The translations under genes were made by a program, and so were the position numbers. This document shows, piece by piece, positions 18,207 to 25,786 of a DNA stretch of 29,998 bases (positions are counted from its first letter, which is position 1; each line of letters opens with the position of its first letter). The notes below the pieces were generated by a model that saw nothing but the letters and a program-made list of their open reading frames with translations, searched no databases and was not told the origin of the DNA. The stretch comes from Candidatus Eiseniibacteriota bacterium (GTDB lineage Bacteria; Eisenbacteria; RBG-16-71-46): NCBI GenBank assembly GCA_031364845.1, contig JANLWX010000082.1, positions 1 to 29,998 on the forward strand, in the 5' to 3' direction.

Positions 18207-19799
18207 ATGGTCGAACTGCTCGTTGCCCAGCCGATGCTCCTGTTGTTCCTCGTGCTCGCGGTGGGCTATGCCGCCGGGCGCATCTCGATTGCTGGCGTTC
18301 AGCTCGGCATCGCGGCCGTGCTGTTCGCGGGTCTCGCCGCGGGCACGATCGACGAACGGTTCAAGCTCCCCGAGTTCGTGCGCAGCTTCGGGCTCGTGAT
18401 TTTCGTCTACTCGGTCGGGATTTCGAGCGGGCCGGGTTTCCTCACTTCGCTGCGGCGCCGCGGTCTGCGAGACACCGCGTGGACGCTGGGGCTGCTGGTG
18501 ATCGCGGCGGGGCTCGCCACACTTGCCGAGCGCGTGCTCGGCCTGCCGAAAGCAATCACGGCAGGTCTGTTCTGCGGCGCGCTCACGAACACCCCGGCAC
18601 TGGCGGCGGTGCTCGAGCGAATGCCGGCCGGCGCCGATGCACCGGTCGTCGGGTATTCGATCGCCTACCCGATGGGCGCACTCGGCGTCGTGCTGGCACT
18701 TGCCATCGCGCGCCGCCGCTGGAGCGCGGATCTCGCCGAACGGGCGCGCCGCGGACACCTCGATGTGCGCTTCCTGCTCGTCACGCGCGAGGAAGCGACC
18801 GGCACGCCGGTCAAGCTGCTGCTCCAGGCGTGGGGCATCCGTGCGCGCTTCGTGCGGCGCCGCCGCGCCGGCGAGTGGGCGTTGCTGAGTCCCGATGCGG
18901 CACTCGAGCGTGGTGATCTGGTAACCGCGGTGGGACTGCCGGATCCGCTCGACCGGCTCGCTGCCCGCGTGGGGGAAACTTCAGAGGAGCATGTCGAACT
19001 GGACCGCAGCGATCTCGACTTCCGCCGCATCTTTGTTTCCAACTCGAGCGTCGCCGGCCGCTCACTCGGGGAGCTCAAGACGCTCACACGGTTCGGTGCG
19101 CTCGTCACGCGGGTACGGCGTGGCGATGTCGACCTGGTGCCCGAAGGACGTACGGTGCTCGAGCTGGGCGATCGCGTGCGGGTCGTGGCGCCGCGCGCGC
19201 GCATGGCGGAGATCTCCGAGTTCTTCGGCGACTCCTATCGCGCGCTGGGCGAGATCGACGCAGTGTCATTCGGCCTGGGTGCGGCACTCGGGCTGCTCCT
19301 GGGGCTCGTTTCGATCCCGCTGCCCGGTGGAATGTACTTCCGCCTTGGCCCTGCGGGTGGGCCGCTCGTGATGGGCCTCGTGCTGGGGGCACTCGGCCGC
19401 ACCGGCCCAATCGTATGGCAGCTTCCCTACAGCGCCGGTCTGACGCTGCGTCAGCTCGGCCTCGCACTGTTCCTCGCTGCGGTCGGTGTCGGCGCAGGCA
19501 CTCCGTTCGTGCGGACGCTGAGCGAGGGCGGGGGCTTGCAGATGCTGGCCGCCGGCGCCGCGGTCACCGTGGTCACGGCGGCACTCGCGCTGTGGAGCGC
19601 GCGGCATCTGCTACAGGCCCCGGCCGGTGTCGCGATGGGCATGGCGTCGGGGGTCCACACGCAGCCGGCGGCACTCGCATTCGCGAACGATGCCGCGCGC
19701 GATGAGTCGCCGAATCTGGGCTACGCGAGCGTGTCGCCGATCGCGACCGTCGGGAAGATCCTGCTCGCCCAGATCCTGCTCGGCGGTGGCGGCTCGTGA
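18207..19799 (+). CDS. Aspartate:alanine exchanger (AspT/YidE/YbjL) family transporter with TrkA-C domains
   Basis: LGIAAVLFAGL, FVYSVG..SGPGF, GALTNTPALAA, RVRRGDVDL, GVHTQPAAL. Start reassigned to ATG 18207 (alternative 18195). Confidence 0.93.
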   Translation: MVELLVAQPMLLLFLVLAVGYAAGRISIAGVQLGIAAVLFAGLAAGTIDERFKLPEFVRSFGLVIFVYSVGISSGPGFLTSLRRRGLRDTAWTLGLLVIAAGLATLAERVLGLPKAITAGLFCGALTNTPALAAVLERMPAGADAPVVGYSIAYPMGALGVVLALAIARRRWSADLAERARRGHLDVRFLLVTREEATGTPVKLLLQAWGIRARFVRRRRAGEWALLSPDAALERGDLVTAVGLPDPLDRLAARVGETSEEHVELDRSDLDFRRIFVSNSSVAGRSLGELKTLTRFGALVTRVRRGDVDLVPEGRTVLELGDRVRVVAPRARMAEISEFFGDSYRALGEIDAVSFGLGAALGLLLGLVSIPLPGGMYFRLGPAGGPLVMGLVLGALGRTGPIVWQLPYSAGLTLRQLGLALFLAAVGVGAGTPFVRTLSEGGGLQMLAAGAAVTVVTAALALWSARHLLQAPAGVAMGMASGVHTQPAALAFANDAARDESPNLGYASVSPIATVGKILLAQILLGGGGS

Positions 19800-19830
19800 G
19801 TGGACCGGGCCAGCACACTTTCGAATCGTT

Positions 19831-19862
19831 GAGACACTTCCGACACACTTCGCGCATACGCT
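19831..19862 (+). promoter_or_regulatory. Candidate regulator box plus -10 (GAGACA-N5-GACA-N11-TACGCT)
   Basis: ACACTT occurs at 19815, 19834 and 19845 (11-bp period for the last two); same geometry as 11647-11678. Confidence 0.55.
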
Positions 19863-19915
19863 GTTCAGGACCCGCAACGAGCCGCGTCACGAAGCACTGA
19901 AGTCTTGGAGGCACG

Positions 19916-20551
19916 ATGTTGAATCGAAACCTGCGCAATACATCCTGGGCACTGATCGTCGCGGCGTGCGTCTGGGTCAGTCTCGTTCAAGCCGCTGAAC
20001 CCGCGCGACCGGACCTGAGCGGTACGTGGACGCTCGACTTCACACGCAGCGATCGCCCCGATCGGATGGACGGTCCGCCGCCGGGCATGGGGCGCGGTGG
20101 GCCGGGCGGACCGCCCGGCGCGGAAGGTCCTCCGCGCGGAGGCAAGGACGGTGGGCCTCCCGGCGATCGCGGCGGGCCGCCTCCCGGAGGTGAAGGCGGC
20201 CCCAACCGCCGCGGGCGCGGACCCGCCGGGGGATTGCCAAACCGCATGCACATCATCCAGACCGCGCAGGTCGTGAGCTTCGAAGACTCGGCAGGCGCCG
20301 TATTCCGCGAGATCACCACCGGGGCGCCGAACGCAGGCGGCCCCCCTGCGCCGGGCGCTGGCACGCTCCGCGGCAAGTGGAAAGGTCAGAAGCTCGAGGT
20401 CCGCCGCCCCGGACCGGCCGACGCGGAGGTCGTCGAGACGTACGCGCTCGAGGACAACGGAAAGCGTTTGGTGATCCGCACCGAGTTGCCCGGCAGAGGC
20501 GAGATGCCGGCCCGCACGATCAAGCGCGTCTATCGCCGCGTCGGGCCGTGA
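19916..20551 (+). CDS. Secreted/periplasmic hypothetical protein with Gly/Pro/Arg-rich insert (lipocalin-like PDLSGTWTLD start)
   Basis: GGAGG RBS, signal peptide ending VQA-A, low-complexity GGPP/RGG segment, beta-rich C-terminus ending KRVYRR. Confidence 0.8.
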   Translation: MLNRNLRNTSWALIVAACVWVSLVQAAEPARPDLSGTWTLDFTRSDRPDRMDGPPPGMGRGGPGGPPGAEGPPRGGKDGGPPGDRGGPPPGGEGGPNRRGRGPAGGLPNRMHIIQTAQVVSFEDSAGAVFREITTGAPNAGGPPAPGAGTLRGKWKGQKLEVRRPGPADAEVVETYALEDNGKRLVIRTELPGRGEMPARTIKRVYRRVGP

Positions 20552-20715
20552 CCGTCTGGCTGATCATGGCGGAAGGCGCGAGCCGAAGTCGCTGAGATCC
20601 GCCACATCCCGTCGAATCCGCCGTCACCGTCCCGGGGTCTCCCGGGAGGCTCGATGTTCACCGCGGCTCCATCGTGCGATACTCCGGTCGGATTCACCAC
20701 TGTGAGGGCCGACGG

Positions 20716-22035
20716 ATGCTGCGTGCACTGTTCATCGACGACGATGCCGACTTCCTCGAGGGCGTCGCCGAGATTGCCGCTCAGGAAGGCTTTTCCGTCA
20801 CCTGTGCCCATTCCCTCCAGGAAGCGCGGATGCATCTCGCGAACGCTCCGATGGATCTGGTCATGACCGATCTCGGGCTTCCGGACGGCGACGGTATCGA
20901 CCTGGTCCGCGAACTCAAGGCGACGTCGCATTCGGACGTCGTCATCGTCTCGGGCATGGCCACGGTGGACTCCGCGATCGAGGCCTTGAGACTCGGAGCG
21001 TTGGACTACCTCACGAAGCCGGTCGACAATCGCCGGCTCCGGGCGATCCTCGCGAACGTTCTGCGCGTGCGATCCCTCAAGGAGGAAGTCGGCACGCTGC
21101 GCGGTGAACTCCGCAAGCTCGGCCGCTTCGGCCGCCTGATCGGCGTTTCGCCCGCGATGCAGAGGGTCTACGACCTCATGATCAAGGTCGCTCCCACGGA
21201 TGCGACGGTGTTCATCAACGGCGAGAGCGGCACCGGAAAGGAACTCGTCGCGCAGACGATCTTCGAACTCAGCGGCCGCAAGCGGAAGCCCTTCATCCCG
21301 GTCGACTGTGGCGCGATTCCACCGAACCTCATCGAGAGCGAACTGTTCGGCCACGAGCGCGGCAGCTTTACGGGCGCGACGCAGCTCCGGCGCGGCTGCT
21401 TCGAGCGCGCCGCCGGCGGCACGCTGTTCCTGGATGAGATCACCGAGATGCCGGTCGAAATCCAGGTGAAGCTGTTGCGCGTGCTCGAATCCGGCTCGCT
21501 GGTTCGGGTCGGAGGCGATGTTCCGGTTCCGGTGAACGTGCGCCTGATCGCGGCGTGCAATCGCGTTCCGAAGCAGGCGGTGCTCGAGGGCAAACTGCGC
21601 GAGGACCTCTATTACCGGATCAACGTATTCCCGATCGTGCTGCCACCCCTGCGAGATCGCGAAGACGATGCATTGCTGCTCGCCGATCAGTTCCTCGAAG
21701 CCCACAACGCCGCCGAAGGAACTTCCAAACGTCTGAGTCCGGAGGCGCGCGAGCGCATCCGTCGATACCCGTGGCGCGGCAACGTGCGCGAACTCAAGAA
21801 CGAGATGCAGCGTGCGTTCATCATGGATGACGGTGTGATCGAACTCGCCGAATTGAGCGCAGGAGAGCCACAGTCGGCAGTCCCGGTGGCAGGCGGCTCG
21901 CTCGGCGAGTCCGAGCGCCAGCTCATTCTCAGCACTCTCGAAAAGTGTGCGGGCGACAAGAAGAAGGCGGCCCAGATCCTGGGGATCAGCCTCAAGACGC
22001 TTTACAACCGGCTCCATCAATACGCGGAAAGCTGA
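20716..22035 (+). CDS. Sigma54-dependent response regulator (NtrC/AtoC family: REC-AAA+-Fis HTH)
   Basis: LFIDDD receiver, GESGTGKE, ESELFGHERGSFTGA, TLFLDEI, WRGNVREL, KKAAQILGISLKTLYNRL. Start reassigned to ATG 20716. Confidence 0.96.
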   Translation: MLRALFIDDDADFLEGVAEIAAQEGFSVTCAHSLQEARMHLANAPMDLVMTDLGLPDGDGIDLVRELKATSHSDVVIVSGMATVDSAIEALRLGALDYLTKPVDNRRLRAILANVLRVRSLKEEVGTLRGELRKLGRFGRLIGVSPAMQRVYDLMIKVAPTDATVFINGESGTGKELVAQTIFELSGRKRKPFIPVDCGAIPPNLIESELFGHERGSFTGATQLRRGCFERAAGGTLFLDEITEMPVEIQVKLLRVLESGSLVRVGGDVPVPVNVRLIAACNRVPKQAVLEGKLREDLYYRINVFPIVLPPLRDREDDALLLADQFLEAHNAAEGTSKRLSPEARERIRRYPWRGNVRELKNEMQRAFIMDDGVIELAELSAGEPQSAVPVAGGSLGESERQLILSTLEKCAGDKKKAAQILGISLKTLYNRLHQYAES

Positions 22036-22217
22036 CCCGGTCGCCATCCCGGTGGACCGGGCGAGGGGACCGAGCGGATTGAAGTTCGCTCCGTCGGTTT
22101 GAACGTTCGTCCCTTCCCGGCTGCCGCGTTCGCCCTGCGGGTCGTACCCCCGCTGCCGATTTGGCCCGGGATCCCGGCATTTGCGCCAGGGCTCAACGAT
22201 AACTCGCCGAAATTCCG

Positions 22218-22233
22218 TGGCATCAAACTCGCA
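22218..22233 (+). promoter_or_regulatory. Putative sigma54 (-24/-12) promoter
   Basis: TGGCATCAAACTCGCA: exact GG-N10-GC spacing, close to consensus TGGCAC-N5-TTGCA, ending about 60 nt upstream of the hybrid kinase start. Confidence 0.65.
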
Positions 22234-22291
22234 TGTCAACGGTCCGAAGTTAACGGGTGACGTTCGAGATGTGAGGTGAATCGAGGGATAC

Positions 22292-24163
22292 GTGGCTGAA
22301 TGGTCGTTTCAACGCAAGCTGATTTCCGGCGTCATCCTGATCTGTCTGCTGGCGATCCTCTCCAGTGCCGCGTCCATGTTCGCGTCTCGCGTCCTCATTT
22401 CGAACATGTCGAACGTGGCGACCGGCGAGGGGCAGGCGTTGTCGGATGCGCGCGAACTGCAGCTCATCGGCGCCAAGAACATCGCCGATGTCCACGCCAG
22501 TCTCCTCACCGGTGGCAAGGAATTCGTCTCCGAGGCGCGGACCGGAAGCGCGCGTGTAGTCGATGTCGCCCATCGCTTGCAGGCACAGGTAACGGACACG
22601 CAGAGCCAGGCCCTCCTCGGTTCGGTCCTCGCAGCCGAGCGCGCGCACCTCGAAGCCTTCGACAGCTGGTTGATCGCGCCGCGTACTCGCGAAGGTGACG
22701 CCCGCGTCGCCCAGCAGGTGTTGCTGCGCAGTGAGCAATTCGATCAATCATTGACGGCGCTCGTCACTCACCTCGAATCCGCCCGGAGCCGCAGCGTCGC
22801 TCCGGCTCGCGCCGCCGTGGATCGCGCTGAGAACTTCATGATCGTCGTCACGATCGCGAGTACCCTGCTGCTGACGCTGTTGTGCCTCATCCTGGTGCGC
22901 GGGCTCACGCGGAGCTATCGCCGGCAGACGGCCGCCCGCAATCGGGCCGAACACGGACAGACTGAAGCCAGGGCGTCGCTGTCGGAGGCGGAAGCGGCCA
23001 GTCACGTGAAAGATGAGTTCCTCGCCACCGTCTCGCACGAACTGCGCAATCCACTCGCACCGATCCTGACCTGGACCCAGCTCCTTCGAAGCGGAACGCT
23101 CGATGAGGCGAAGACGCGCCGGGCACTCGAAGTCATCGAGCGCAATGTCCTCTCGCAGGCGCACCTCATCGACGATCTCGTCGACGTCTCGCGCGTCGTG
23201 TCGGGAAAATTCCGGCTCGACGTGCGGCCGATCGATCTCGCGCCGATGATCAAAGCCGCGGCCGACGCGCAGGTGCCGGCAAGCGATGCCAAGAAGATCC
23301 GCCTTCAGTTGGTCCTGGACGAACGCGCCGGTCTCATCTCAGGAGATTCTGAGCGACTCCAGCAGGTGATGTGGAATTTGATCTCCAACGCGATCAAGTT
23401 CACTCCCAAAGGCGGGAGAGTGCTGGTGGTGTTGCAGCGCGCGGAGTCACATGTCGAGATCGCGGTCAGCGACAACGGGATCGGCATCGATGCCGAGTTC
23501 CTCCCGCATGTCTTCGAGCCGTTCCGCCAGAGCATCGCCGGATCGATGCGGCGCCATGGCGGGCTCGGGCTGGGGCTCTCGATCGTGCGTCATATCGTCG
23601 AAATGCACGGCGGGGAAATCGTTGCTTCCAGTGATGGGCCGGGCCTCGGGTCGAAGTTCATGGTGAAGTTCCCGTTGCTTGCCACGACGGCGGAGGAAAA
23701 TTCGGGCAGAAGGCACCCGATTGGCCGGGACACGCTCGCGGACATACATCTCGGGCGATTGGACGGTGTGCGGGTGCTGGTGGTGGACGACGAGCCAAGC
23801 GCAAGCGAAGCGCTCATGGTTCTGTTCAACTCCTGCGGGGCGGAGGCCCGGGTCGCGGGGTCCGCGGCCGATGCGCTCGAGGTATTCGATGGCTGGCGGC
23901 CCGATGTGCTCGTGTCCGACATTGCCATGCCCGATGAAGACGGGTACTCGCTGATCCGCAAGCTCCGCAGCCGGACACCTCAGCGCGGTGGACTCGTTCC
24001 CGCGGTGGCGCTCACGGCGTACGCCAAGATCGAAGATCGCGTCACCATCCTGAGCGCGGGATTCCAGATGTATCTGTCCAAGCCCTCGGATCCCAACGAA
24101 CTGGTGGCCGTCGTGAGCAGCCTTGCGAAGAGGCGCGGTCTGGGCGAAAGGCTGATGACCTGA
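22292..24163 (+). CDS. Hybrid sensor histidine kinase (periplasmic helical sensor, HisKA, HATPase, C-terminal receiver)
   Basis: GAGGGA RBS, two TMs, KDEFLATVSHELRNPL, NLISNAIKFT, DNGIGI, GLGLGL, VLVVDDE...VSDIAMP...YLSKP. Confidence 0.96.
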   Translation: MAEWSFQRKLISGVILICLLAILSSAASMFASRVLISNMSNVATGEGQALSDARELQLIGAKNIADVHASLLTGGKEFVSEARTGSARVVDVAHRLQAQVTDTQSQALLGSVLAAERAHLEAFDSWLIAPRTREGDARVAQQVLLRSEQFDQSLTALVTHLESARSRSVAPARAAVDRAENFMIVVTIASTLLLTLLCLILVRGLTRSYRRQTAARNRAEHGQTEARASLSEAEAASHVKDEFLATVSHELRNPLAPILTWTQLLRSGTLDEAKTRRALEVIERNVLSQAHLIDDLVDVSRVVSGKFRLDVRPIDLAPMIKAAADAQVPASDAKKIRLQLVLDERAGLISGDSERLQQVMWNLISNAIKFTPKGGRVLVVLQRAESHVEIAVSDNGIGIDAEFLPHVFEPFRQSIAGSMRRHGGLGLGLSIVRHIVEMHGGEIVASSDGPGLGSKFMVKFPLLATTAEENSGRRHPIGRDTLADIHLGRLDGVRVLVVDDEPSASEALMVLFNSCGAEARVAGSAADALEVFDGWRPDVLVSDIAMPDEDGYSLIRKLRSRTPQRGGLVPAVALTAYAKIEDRVTILSAGFQMYLSKPSDPNELVAVVSSLAKRRGLGERLMT

Positions 24164-24193
24164 GTGCGGTCCCAGCCGCAGCCGCGCGGTCAC

Positions 24194-24226
24194 AAAGAAA
24201 CGGGCTCCGCTTGCGAGGAGCCCGTT
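24194..24226 (-). terminator. Rho-independent terminator for the minus-strand gene (possibly bidirectional)
   Basis: Minus strand AACGGGCTCC-TCGCAAGC-GGAGCCCGTT followed by TCTTT; GCAA tetraloop. Confidence 0.8.
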
Positions 24227-24307
24227 CGTGCATGTGACCGGACCCGAGAACCCGGCACATCAACGCGGAAGCGAACCCGTTGCCGGGCCCGCTGCCACGA
24301 TGTTCGA

Positions 24308-25087
24308 CTACCGATACAGCGACTTCACGCGACCCCACGTGCCGCTCTGGGTCGGAACCGCATCCGGAGTGCCCGTGATCGAGATGTCGTCGATGCCGAC
24401 CCATTCGTCGTTGCCGGCAGCGTTGGCCGTGATCACGCGGATTTCGAGGGTGGCCTGTCCGTCCGCAGCCGGCGGCAGAACCGCCGTGACCGGCGTGAGG
24501 AGCGGAAGAGCCGGGCCCGCGGTGGCGTCGGCAACATAACCCCCCGGGACGTTCGTCCAGGCAGTGCCCGTCGCGGTGCGATACTGGAGCGCGTACTGCT
24601 GAATCGAATTGTCGGCGCCGAAGTCCTCGATGTCCCGCAGCACGTAGCTCACGGTGATGGCCGTGAAGCCGGTGCTGTTGATGTGGAACACCATGTACGG
24701 CGCATCACCCGTGCCGGATCCATTGAGTGCGACCGTCGGGTCCGTCAGTTCGTACTCCGCGATACCGCCGGAGATGAACGAGAGGAGGTCCGTTGCCGTC
24801 TTGTTGGCATTGACGTCGACGACCGGGCTCGTGGCGACACCCGAGTTCGCGGGAATGTCATCGTAGGTAACCGTCTGCGGATCGGTGCCGGGCGGGACGA
24901 TGTTGCTGTCGCCGCGGTATCCGATGATGCCCGGAACGCCCGACCAATTGTCATCGAGCGTGATCAGGCCGACGTTGGTCCAGTCCTGGGTGAACGGAAG
25001 TGCCTGGTACGAATTGTCCGCCGCTGCAGTAAGTGTGAAGCCCGCCAGTGCAGCGACTGCGAGAAACGTGGTCGCAACTTTCTTCAT
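24308..25087 (-). CDS. Secreted single-domain protein with C-terminal TWGRVKSLYR tail
   Basis: AGGAGG RBS before ATG 25087; signal peptide MKKVATTFLAVAALAGFTLTAAA; acidic beta-sandwich-like body ending EWVGIDDISITG; tail AVPTQSGTWGRVKSLYR. Confidence 0.88.
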   Translation of the reverse strand: MKKVATTFLAVAALAGFTLTAAADNSYQALPFTQDWTNVGLITLDDNWSGVPGIIGYRGDSNIVPPGTDPQTVTYDDIPANSGVATSPVVDVNANKTATDLLSFISGGIAEYELTDPTVALNGSGTGDAPYMVFHINSTGFTAITVSYVLRDIEDFGADNSIQQYALQYRTATGTAWTNVPGGYVADATAGPALPLLTPVTAVLPPAADGQATLEIRVITANAAGNDEWVGIDDISITGTPDAVPTQSGTWGRVKSLYR

Positions 25088-25369
25088 TACAGCCCTCCTC
25101 GATTGGGACGGAACTCGAGCTTCCGGAGCGCCATCAAGCTCGCCATGGACCCCGAACGCATTGAGTCGCCGTGATTTTGGGGGGGGACTTCCGGTAAATT
25201 CACCGGTGTCGTCGCCCCTTCGGTACCGGGACGAGCCCCGAATTCGAGCGCGAACCCTGTGCACAAGGCTATCACGAGGCGTCCGATAGAAATGCGAAAT
25301 TATACGCAGATTGGTCCCTCGGACCGGGTTGGCAACCTCATGACGTTTGCGGGCGACGAATCGCGGCCA

Positions 25370-25480
25370 TCACGCCTTGCGGATGACGACCTCGAGGTAG
25401 TCGCCGGCGTCGATCCAGTGCCCGGCAGAGGGATAACGGAACCCGTGGGTCGCCGAGGCGCCCGCGTCTTGTGAGATCAT
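25370..25480 (-). pseudogene. Probable remnant of a class I SAM-dependent methyltransferase C-terminus (36-aa ORF)
   Basis: Manual translation MISQDAGASATHGFRYPSAGHWIDAGDYLEVVIRKA*; FRYxSxxHW and YLEVVI resemble two normally separated motifs recalled from that family. Confidence 0.45.
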
Positions 25481-25520
25481 CCCGGGGTCAGAAGAGTCAC
25501 AAAACAACGACGGAGGATTC

Positions 25521-25763
25521 ATGATGGAGTCGAAAGATCAGGGTACGGCGACGCTGCTGGACGAAGCGCTCTCAGGTCCCGGAGCGGACGAACGCGTCGC
25601 GCACCTGGTGCTCAAGCTCGAGTGGCCGATCGCGCTGTGTGGCGCCAACGTTACCGAGCGCTTCGGCATGACGGCACCGGCGCTAGATCGGTGCGTCGAT
25701 TGCTTGAAGATCGCCGCCGCGCGCGGCCTCGGCCGGCCGGGCTGGGGTGGGGGCGGAGTATGA
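25521..25763 (+). CDS. Small putative zinc-binding protein, DUF3039-like
   Basis: GGAGGA RBS; ERVAH...PIALCG...CVDC gives an H-C-CxxC ligand set. Confidence 0.65.
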   Translation: MMESKDQGTATLLDEALSGPGADERVAHLVLKLEWPIALCGANVTERFGMTAPALDRCVDCLKIAAARGLGRPGWGGGGV

Positions 25764-25786
25764 GCACTCGACGCCTCTAACTGCTG

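Noticed and set aside
20066..20233. Collagen-like triple helix
   Set aside because: The Gly-X-Y register is repeatedly broken.
21361..21378. GSFTGA instead of GAFTGA as a sign of a sigma54-independent activator
   Set aside because: GSFTGA is a common variant with the critical F and T retained.
22036..22061. Hairpin after the sigma54 activator as an intrinsic terminator
   Set aside because: Stem is present but there is no U-tract; cannot be distinguished from a chance GC-rich hairpin.
24164..25174. 336-aa plus-strand ORF directly after the hybrid kinase
   Set aside because: Antisense to the signal-peptide gene 24308-25087 and crosses its terminator.
25259..25474. 71-aa plus-strand ORF, or a structured RNA/riboswitch, in the 25088-25520 spacer
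   Set aside because: No RBS or motif for the ORF and no recognisable riboswitch consensus; the opposite-strand methyltransferase-like remnant explains the segment better. An Rfam search would be needed to exclude an RNA.
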